A stretch of DNA of 64,000 nucleotides from a virus. Positions 56,872-64,000 of the stretch are shown one piece after another. The notes below the pieces were generated by a model. That model was given only the letters and a program-made list of their open reading frames with translations, ran no database searches and had not been told where the DNA came from. Positions within the stretch are counted from its first letter, which is position 1. Each line of letters opens with the position of its first letter. Made by a program: the position numbers and the translations under genes. Where the stretch lies: positions 25,999-89,998 of the IMG/VR virus record IMGVR_UViG_3300019762_000006; one strand, written 5' to 3'.

Positions 56872-57378
56872 TTAACATGGAGTATCTGTGATACCAACTT
56901 TGTTTATAATCTCTGTGAATGCTTGAATACGAATTTCCTTATCTTTTAATAAGGATCCTTTAGTAAACTTCATAAGTGCATTCAATTCCTTAAATTTATC
57001 TAGTATTATACTGTTATAATCAGAATAAACAAATAAATTTATACAAATTTCTTCATTTGAATCTGTATAGTACCAATACTTAATAATTTGTATCAAAGGT
57101 CCCCAAATGGTTGCTTGATCATACTCAAGAAATGGATCATCGTCAAATTCAGAGTACTCAGATAAATCGTATCCAGGTTTACCTCCATCTCTAGATTCGT
57201 TCCCAGGATCTTTGATGAAATCTGTGGATTGGTAATCCTCTGCCAACTCCCAATCAGGTAAGTCCTTTTCTAATATAACAATATCCCAATCAGATTCCTC
57301 TGTGAAACAGTTAAATGCTCTAGAACCTGTTAAAACTCCAAATGGAAGTATTGACTCAAGATAGTAGTTTGGTACCAT
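56872..57378 (-). CDS. pol-beta-superfamily nucleotidyltransferase
   Basis: LTGSRAF...EESDWDIVI. Confidence 0.75.
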   Translation of the reverse strand: MVPNYYLESILPFGVLTGSRAFNCFTEESDWDIVILEKDLPDWELAEDYQSTDFIKDPGNESRDGGKPGYDLSEYSEFDDDPFLEYDQATIWGPLIQIIKYWYYTDSNEEICINLFVYSDYNSIILDKFKELNALMKFTKGSLLKDKEIRIQAFTEIINKVGITDTPC

Positions 57379-57387
57379 AGTAAGTTC

Positions 57388-58368
57388 CTAAATTAAGTAT
57401 TCTTGTGCTCTGTCCATAAGTATTGGAAGGTGCTCAAATTTTAAGTTAGATGTCTTATCCAAAGATACTTGAGATGTGTTTGCATAATTTGCTGATAATT
57501 TTGGGTTTGACATAATTGTATCAATAATAAATTGTATACCATCTGTAAGCTTAATACTATTGTCAATATATCTTGTATATACTTCTCCAAGTACAAATCC
57601 AACAAAAGTTGATTGTTCAATATTAGTCTCTAATAAGTTCATCAAGTAAATTCCATCATCAAGTGTGTTAATAAAATTAACAATGTATGAATAAATAGTT
57701 GAGTCAATTGGCTCTCTTTTAGATAAATCAACTAACTCCCTAGACTTGACTGTATTAGTAAAGTCAATTGCTGCGATATACGCTATATGTGTTTGAAATG
57801 CTCTAGAAACTTCTTTAGAAACTTGCATTCCAGCTAATTTATAACCTAATTGGGAAATCTCTGATTCAGAGTAGTAAGAAAGTTCTGCTGCAATTGCAGA
57901 CCAAGCTCTAGCTGTTGCGTATCCAATAACTCCAGTAGTTTCTTCCTCCATACAATTATGAGGTTTGCTCTTTAAGAAAGAGGCCACCAAGTAATGCAGT
58001 CGTTTACCGTAATTCTCGAACCAGTAATCAAAGTTGAATTCAATCTCTAATATTGCCATACGATTACGTACTGCTGAATTAATCCCACTAAAACCTGCTG
58101 ATTCAGAATTGTTCATTGTAAGAACAATTGCAATATTGTCAGATAGTTTATAGTTTCCTAATCTACGTTCGAGTAGTAAACCATAAAAGTATGCTTGCAA
58201 ATGTGGTGAAACCATGTGGAAATCGTCAATAAGTAGTACAGTTGGTTTATCAGCTGCTAATCTGATAGCTTTTGCTACCATCTCTGGAATTGACCAAACA
58301 GTTGCTAATGGTTTAGAACCATCCAGCGAATTCGTTTGGTATTGATCAGCAGCTACAGTATCCGGAAG
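57388..58368 (-). CDS. MoxR-like AAA+ ATPase (N4 gp24-like), exon 2 (spliced about 391 aa)
   Basis: Begins LPD; LLIDDFH Walker B, LLERRLGNY.L, TMN, AVRNR, TARAW. Confidence 0.85.
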   Translation of the reverse strand, partial: LPDTVAADQYQTNSLDGSKPLATVWSIPEMVAKAIRLAADKPTVLLIDDFHMVSPHLQAYFYGLLLERRLGNYKLSDNIAIVLTMNNSESAGFSGINSAVRNRMAILEIEFNFDYWFENYGKRLHYLVASFLKSKPHNCMEEETTGVIGYATARAWSAIAAELSYYSESEISQLGYKLAGMQVSKEVSRAFQTHIAYIAAIDFTNTVKSRELVDLSKREPIDSTIYSYIVNFINTLDDGIYLMNLLETNIEQSTFVGFVLGEVYTRYIDNSIKLTDGIQFIIDTIMSNPKLSANYANTSQVSLDKTSNLKFEHLPILMDRAQEYLI

Positions 58369-59772
58369 CGTTATGTTCAGTAAGGTTCGTTAATACCTTA
58401 CCCGTCAAAATGAATTGACTGCTATAGCTCACGCCATAGACCAGACTATATCTTCATCTTTATTGAGACCTAGTACATCAATATTAAAACATTCTGATTC
58501 ACCACCTTTAGCAAAGAACTTTGGTCCTTTATAACGGTGGTTGGAATGTGTTTTTAGAATACGTTGTTCCTCAAGATATGCTTCTTTACCAGTTTGGTAG
58601 ATAGTACTCTTAAGTATTGTGTATTGTAAATTTTTCTCAGTGTTAAATCGTTTTTTAATACCTCTTGATTCAAGAGTTATTCCAATCTTGTAAGCATTAA
58701 AAGCTGGAAAATACAGATAGTATAAGATCGTAGGTTCATTAAAATATTTAGCACGCTTACGATTCTCTCCACAAATTTGACAACCATTGCCGTTTAAATG
58801 ATCACTGGCAGTTTGTGTAAAGTCCCCGTGATAAGGACAAGTAATAATTAACTTGTATTTACCACGAATATAAATAGACTTAGAATAGTCATATTTATTA
58901 CCATGTGTATTTCGTGCCCTTAAAATGAACTCTTCTTTAGTTAATACATTAACATCAGTAGAACCACACTTTGAGCAACCATGCCCTCTTAAGTGGTCTG
59001 CTGGTTGCTGTTCAAATTTGCCGTGAATTGGACAAATGATTGTCACTTTTGTATTGGTGTTTATGTAATTGACTAAAGAGTAATCGTATACTTTATTATG
59101 TATTTGATTGGCTTCTGATATAAAATCATCAGTTGATTTACGTCTAATTTTGGATCTATTAATAACTGCACACTTAGGACATTTCCTATTTAAGTTGAAA
59201 TGGGCATAAGGAGTTTGTAAAAACTCTCCATGTTCAGGACAATTGATAATAATAGGGTTATCCACCCCCAGTATAAACTGATTTGGAGTAGTCATAGTAA
59301 GTATGTGTAGTTGCTATTTGCTCTAAAAGACTATTATACTTTTTAATAGCTGAGTGTTTTTGTTTAATATTTGATGTATCTAATTCCATATAAATTCCTT
59401 AAATAATATTGTAACTTAAGTACGCTTAAATGTTCATTAGATAAACTAGGTTTAAAGATGTCCCCTATTTCCACCCACTTGGGTGTACGTGCAAATGCAC
59501 TAGTCGTTGAACCTTCTCCATATGTTCCCACTTAGGAGCTTGGCTGCTGATTGTCTTATAGTAAACTGTTTTCAAACATTCATATCGTGATTTCTCCGAT
59601 ATTGTAGTAGTTTACCTTAAAGAGGTTCCAGCAATTAAAGGGATTGCTACTATACGTCACCGTATAGCGAGGCCTGCAATAAATTACTATTAGTGTTATA
59701 CATTAATTAATACTATCATTTGTGTATTCTCATCACATTAATTAAATTATATTTTTATAGATTTATAAATTG
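58369..59772 (-). mobile_element. group I intron in AAA+ ATPase gene
   Basis: P AATTGCTGGAA, Q AATCAGCAG, R GTTCAACGACTAG, S AAGATATAGTCTG; exon U then IGS GGCCT pairing AGGT|C; terminal G; splicing gives LSG|LP in frame. Confidence 0.93.
58429..59389 (-). CDS. intron-encoded zinc-repeat/GIY-YIG-like homing endonuclease, frameshifted near its 5' end
   Basis: RBS-led ATG at 59389 reads ...YDYSKSVYTG and then stops; main frame continues GVDNPIIINCPEHG; break at G5 run (plus 59265-59269). Confidence 0.8.
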
Positions 59773-59967
59773 ACCTGAAAGTACTTCGTGAGTCAAACAG
59801 GGAGCCGATTCAGTTGCTATGTTCATTCCAAGTTCAGTAGCAATAAGTGCGATTGTAGTAGATTTACCCGTACCTGGGACACCTGCTACACATATTGGTG
59901 CTACTGAAGCTCCGTCTAATTGTGCTTGTATGTTTCGTGTAATAATTAATTGTTCGTTTGTTGTCAT
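59773..59967 (-). CDS. MoxR-like AAA+ ATPase, exon 1
   Basis: Walker A GVPGTGKST; ends LSG at the splice site. Confidence 0.85.
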
Positions 59968-59968
59968 G

Positions 59969-60190
59969 TTATTCTCCGTAGTTTAATGTGTTCGTATCTG
60001 GGCTAGTAAATAGTAAAGTCTTATTCAGATTAGTATAAATTCGTTTGTTATAGTTGTCATATTGTATAGGTTGTTCAGTTACAGGTTCAATAGTTCCTGT
60101 ATAGGGGCTTACTTCGTCTTTAGCTATTGTATAGACTTTAACAGTTCCACCCTTTGCTTTGTATTGTTCGATAAGTTCTTCATCTGTCAT
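59969..60190 (-). CDS. hypothetical protein
   Basis: 73 aa, GGAGGA RBS, Y.AKGG.VK. Confidence 0.55.
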   Translation of the reverse strand: MTDEELIEQYKAKGGTVKVYTIAKDEVSPYTGTIEPVTEQPIQYDNYNKRIYTNLNKTLLFTSPDTNTLNYGE

Positions 60191-60258
60191 TGTTAGTTCC
60201 TCCTTAAAAATTTTTGTAAGATTAGTTAAGCCACCAGATTAGTGGTGACTTTGTAATG

Positions 60259-60654
60259 TTACTGTTTGTCTATGTACTTGTCTGCTTTATCTAAAGCTTT
60301 ATCAAATAGTTTGTTAATCTTATTTAGTTTACCTTCTGGGGATTCAATACTTTCCATAATAGTTGGTGCTGCTACTAACAGTAGAAAAGTCTTTTTATCA
60401 GGTATTAAATTAGATATTAGTATAAATACTACTAATACCATTGGAATAATCCATCGTAACTTTCCAAACCTTACCCAAGGAGACTTTGACACGTGCCAAC
60501 AAGATTCCTTATTAGAGCTATCATATAGGCTGTCTTGACTCCAAGCAAATGATAATCCAGCAATTGATGCTATTAATAATATGCTCCACAACACAGTCCA
60601 ACCACCTTCAGGATATATCCCATAAAGGTAAATTAATAATTGTTCATTGGTCAT
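60259..60654 (-). CDS. membrane protein
   Basis: Two TM segments, LIPDKKT motif. Confidence 0.6.
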   Translation of the reverse strand: MTNEQLLIYLYGIYPEGGWTVLWSILLIASIAGLSFAWSQDSLYDSSNKESCWHVSKSPWVRFGKLRWIIPMVLVVFILISNLIPDKKTFLLLVAAPTIMESIESPEGKLNKINKLFDKALDKADKYIDKQ

Positions 60655-60656
60655 TA

Positions 60657-63062
60657 CTAAGATACTGTTGTGAATTGATGTTTGATTTTGCTTGCTTTAC
60701 CAATTGTATATGGTACAACTTTTGCATTTGGATGTGCTGCAATTAGAGTTACTAAATGTGCTTGTGCATCTGCGTTTGCCGATTTTCCCCTAAATCTTTT
60801 AGTTTCCAATAGCATGTTGTCTGCTGAGTAATAATCTGCAATAATTGCTGGTCTAAGTTTGTAATCTGATTTAGGCTTACTAGCTTTTGCTACTGTGTTA
60901 ATTTCTTGTCCGTTTACTTTAATTGAAATATCTGTCATAATGTTTTCCTTTGGAGTTGTTGTTTCTGATGTTTCTGTTGTTGCTGCTGAAGCACAAATTG
61001 GGCTTGATATAAATTTGAATCGTTCTAAAAAAGGTCTTTTTTGTAAAGAGGAGAACCCATTTTTAAAATAGATATAGTGGTTTACTTTACTTACTGTAAT
61101 AATTTCACCAGCTTCACCAGCTTGGCTAGTCTTTTTACGTTCCCACTTAGATCCTACTTCTATAAGCTCTGCAGGTTCGACTAATTCAAAGTTAGTGTAG
61201 TGAGAGAAGAAATCTGGTTTGTAATATATATACTCATTATCATAACGAGTACCTAGTACTGTATGAGTAGCACCTACTACTCTTCTGCCGCAACCCCCTG
61301 GCTTAAGTACTCTTACTATGTCACCTTTTTTAAATGGGTTTTTCATTGGTTCTTCCTTTATTAGTTGTATCTCTTCGGGTTCTTCTATGTTATCTTCGTA
61401 GGCTAGTAATTCTTCCCATGTGAGGATCATGTAGTCGTTGTCTTCGTAGTAAGTTTCAATTCCGTGACTTGCGTATGAGGTATTACTACCTATGCATTTA
61501 GTACTGCTGGTAATACAAATATAGTATGAGATGTCACCAGGATTGTACCCTCCACATTCATGTGCCCTGTCTACAATAGCTTGAGCTAGTGGAATTGAGC
61601 CGAAAGTCTTAACTACTATGTTGTTATGGACTAAGAATGATAAGTCGATTTTATCAAGTCTAGACTTGAAGTAATTATACTGATGATTGTAACCTTCAGA
61701 ACTAGTAGGATCAAAGTCTTCCCAGTAGTTATGATAATGGTCAGCTATACTGGTTACTGATTCTCCTACCTTACGTATAATATCAGGTATAACACATGTA
61801 GCCTTAGTTACGTCTGTAAACTTGAAAACAGAATCATCATGTACCCATTTTTTATAGATAGGATAGCCTGGCTTTACCATGTTGTTGGTAGTTTCTTCCT
61901 TTATTAGCCTTGGGCGTTTTTCTGGTTTTATAGGTTTTTCTATTACCATACGAGGATATTCTTCTTTAGAGGATTCAGGAAACACATCTTCGTAATATAC
62001 TTTTAAGCAGTGATCCATTTTCTGTTCATACCAATTGTAGTATGGCCCTCCTGACATATCAGGATAAACATAAAGATTATCTAGTGTCTTCGGAGGACCA
62101 TCATCACCTACAAAATCAAATATTTTTATGTGCTCTGCTTCAGTCCAGTTACTTCCATCACGTTTACTAAAAGCCAGGTCGTGTAATTTAGGCTGTTTAC
62201 TATACTGTTTGATGAAGTCGACTAGTGTGATTGTTTTTGTACGTTTGCTTCCAGCTATCCAGTCCCCTGTCGAATAGTAACACGAACTCCCCTCTCCTCT
62301 AAGAAAGCTAGAACCTGGTTCATATCCCATAACTTGTCCGTTGTCCAGTAGTACTTGTCGTAATCTAAGTCTATCAGCTAGTGAGGTATCTTCGATGTTG
62401 ATCACATGGTCTGTTATTTCCATAGTTTGTTCCTTTATAGGTGGTTCAGTAGGACTAGTAACTTCTTCGTAGAGTTTCCAAGTTAAGCCTAATGTCCACG
62501 GATAACCGTTTGTGTTAGATACCCATATATTTGGACCTTCCACCTTAGTAATAGTTTCTATATCTCCTGCTTTATGATTGCCTTCATTAGGGAGTGTTTC
62601 TTTAAGAGCAATTACTCTATCCCTTACTTTTGGTAATGGTTGTGCTAAAGATTGTTCAGCAGTCTCTTCTTGGCAGAGTACTACAAAACCATCACGCTCG
62701 TATCCCATAATGTTCCAATTATAAGCCGTGGTAAATGAATTGTAGATACACATCTCTTTAATTGTAGTAATATCTCCCGCTTTAAAGGCACAGTGAGCTG
62801 AGTCATCTATACATATAATACTGTCTCCTACTTTAGTTTCAGAGATTGGTCTTGTTTCAATAACTTTGAAACCATGACCTGATCCGTACCGCCCGGTATC
62901 TCCATTGTCATCTACTATAATAGTACATTTAGAATTACCTACTTCTAGTACTATATAAGGCTTGTCCTTAGTTCTGTTCTTGTTAGTACGTGGCAGCTTT
63001 GTCCAAACCACTATATCGCCCGCTATTGGCACGTAGCCTTTAGGTTTATATTTGTAATTCAT
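60657..63062 (-). CDS. large modular protein built of repeated small (K)xGDxV beta-barrel-like units
   Basis: AGDIVV, KVGDSII, KAGDI (x2), KVRDRVI, FKKGDIVRV, EVGSKW. Confidence 0.6.
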   Translation of the reverse strand: MNYKYKPKGYVPIAGDIVVWTKLPRTNKNRTKDKPYIVLEVGNSKCTIIVDDNGDTGRYGSGHGFKVIETRPISETKVGDSIICIDDSAHCAFKAGDITTIKEMCIYNSFTTAYNWNIMGYERDGFVVLCQEETAEQSLAQPLPKVRDRVIALKETLPNEGNHKAGDIETITKVEGPNIWVSNTNGYPWTLGLTWKLYEEVTSPTEPPIKEQTMEITDHVINIEDTSLADRLRLRQVLLDNGQVMGYEPGSSFLRGEGSSCYYSTGDWIAGSKRTKTITLVDFIKQYSKQPKLHDLAFSKRDGSNWTEAEHIKIFDFVGDDGPPKTLDNLYVYPDMSGGPYYNWYEQKMDHCLKVYYEDVFPESSKEEYPRMVIEKPIKPEKRPRLIKEETTNNMVKPGYPIYKKWVHDDSVFKFTDVTKATCVIPDIIRKVGESVTSIADHYHNYWEDFDPTSSEGYNHQYNYFKSRLDKIDLSFLVHNNIVVKTFGSIPLAQAIVDRAHECGGYNPGDISYYICITSSTKCIGSNTSYASHGIETYYEDNDYMILTWEELLAYEDNIEEPEEIQLIKEEPMKNPFKKGDIVRVLKPGGCGRRVVGATHTVLGTRYDNEYIYYKPDFFSHYTNFELVEPAELIEVGSKWERKKTSQAGEAGEIITVSKVNHYIYFKNGFSSLQKRPFLERFKFISSPICASAATTETSETTTPKENIMTDISIKVNGQEINTVAKASKPKSDYKLRPAIIADYYSADNMLLETKRFRGKSANADAQAHLVTLIAAHPNAKVVPYTIGKASKIKHQFTTVS

Positions 63063-63078
63063 AGATGTCCTTTATAAG

Positions 63079-63483
63079 TTAGCTTCTTAGTTCAGCAAGC
63101 TCTGCTTCTAGTTCTTTCTTAGAGGCTTTAGTTAAAGCTTTTTCATCTTTAGCAAGTAATGCTTCTTCTACTTTAAGTATTCTAGCTTGTTTAGCTTTTA
63201 AGCCTTCTTTAGCAGAAGCAAGTTCCTGCTTGTAAGCAACTATGTATTCGATAATAGCAATTTTTACATCAGCATCTATGTTAGTTGTCGTCTCTTTAAC
63301 TACCAAGCTTTTTCTTGGGGTAGCAGCTTTCTCCTCAAGCACTGTTGTAGAGATAGAGTCTAAGCTAATACCTCTAGCAGATGTTAATGGAAGATCAAAT
63401 AGGTCTTCAGCAGTTAAGTCACCTCTTGGGGACGCAAATCTAAGTTTATTTTGTGTAGAATATGCGAATGGGTCTTTAATCAT
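63079..63483 (-). CDS. conserved phage coiled-coil protein
   Basis: KLRFASPRGDLTAEDLFDLPL, then helical C-terminus. Confidence 0.65.
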   Translation of the reverse strand: MIKDPFAYSTQNKLRFASPRGDLTAEDLFDLPLTSARGISLDSISTTVLEEKAATPRKSLVVKETTTNIDADVKIAIIEYIVAYKQELASAKEGLKAKQARILKVEEALLAKDEKALTKASKKELEAELAELRS

Positions 63484-63493
63484 TTTGTTTCCT

Positions 63494-64000
63494 TTAGAAT
63501 GTAATGATGTAAGGTCTGTTGTCAGCTCTTACGTTTAGTTCGTTTCTAACTGTCGAGTTGAAACCAAGGCCAGATACTTGAGAGTCAGAAGCAGGGCATT
63601 TAAGCTGAGCTCCTAAGGTCTCGAATACTTTACGGTGTTTGATGAGTTCAGGTTTTAAGTCTTCGTTATAAAGACCTCTGATGCTGTCTGGATTCTTACA
63701 CTGGTCTAATAAGAAGAAGTAGTGTTTAGAACCGACTTTGTTGTCATCCCAGAAGTTCGGAGATAGACACATAGCAGATACCTTGTGGTACGAGTTAGTT
63801 GTAATACTCCACATAGGCTTACCAGGAGCAGTAGATGTTGTACCGTCCATTGACTTTGTAATTTTGATGTCGCCATCTTTAACTACTACAGTAGCTATAG
63901 AAACATCGGTAATTACTCTGTTAGGGTGTGAGTACTCATGGATAGTACCATTGATTTCAATTTCTGCAGTGAAGCCTCTTCTGTTATTACCAGAGAAGTC
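63494..64000 (-). CDS. C-terminal part of a large conserved phage protein (truncated by window)
   Basis: Frame open to 64000; SPNFW, KHYFF.L..C.N, RG.YNE.L, HRKVFE.LG, SGLGF.ST. Confidence 0.65.
   Translation of the reverse strand, partial: DFSGNNRRGFTAEIEINGTIHEYSHPNRVITDVSIATVVVKDGDIKITKSMDGTTSTAPGKPMWSITTNSYHKVSAMCLSPNFWDDNKVGSKHYFFLLDQCKNPDSIRGLYNEDLKPELIKHRKVFETLGAQLKCPASDSQVSGLGFNSTVRNELNVRADNRPYIITF

Noticed and set aside
1-64000. Diversity-generating retroelement, retron, integrase or IS transposase
   Set aside because: No reverse transcriptase, recombinase or transposase motifs recognised in any ORF

Overview
AT-rich lytic bacteriophage DNA with N4-like (Schitoviridae-type) organisation; a Campylobacterota-like host is inferred from TTAAG-N10/11-TATAAT promoters and AAGGA ribosome-binding sites. 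The + strand block (1-17.1 kb) encodes almost cysteine-free virion/ejection proteins and a virion RNA polymerase split into two genes (2517 aa + 1334 aa). The first half carries an N-terminal thermonuclease domain, and the only Cys in each half lies right at the split. The - strand block (17.2-64 kb) holds nucleotide metabolism (folA, thyA, nrdAB, MazG-like, DUF5664), replication/recombination genes (PolA, primase/helicase, SSB, ligase, SF1 and SF2 helicases, Cas4-like, VRR-NUC), an AAA+/vWA pair, three pol-beta-type nucleotidyltransferases and an RNase Z-like hydrolase. Two group I introns, each with a homing endonuclease, interrupt the DNA polymerase and the AAA+ ATPase genes. Two free-standing endonuclease genes each travel with their own promoter and an unannotated RHH repressor. 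I found no canonical tRNA, but there are several rebuilt tRNA-derived and other structured non-coding RNA candidates (28.7-29.1, 38.3-38.6 and 47.4-48.0 kb). All assignments come from motif reading by eye; no searches or folding were run.
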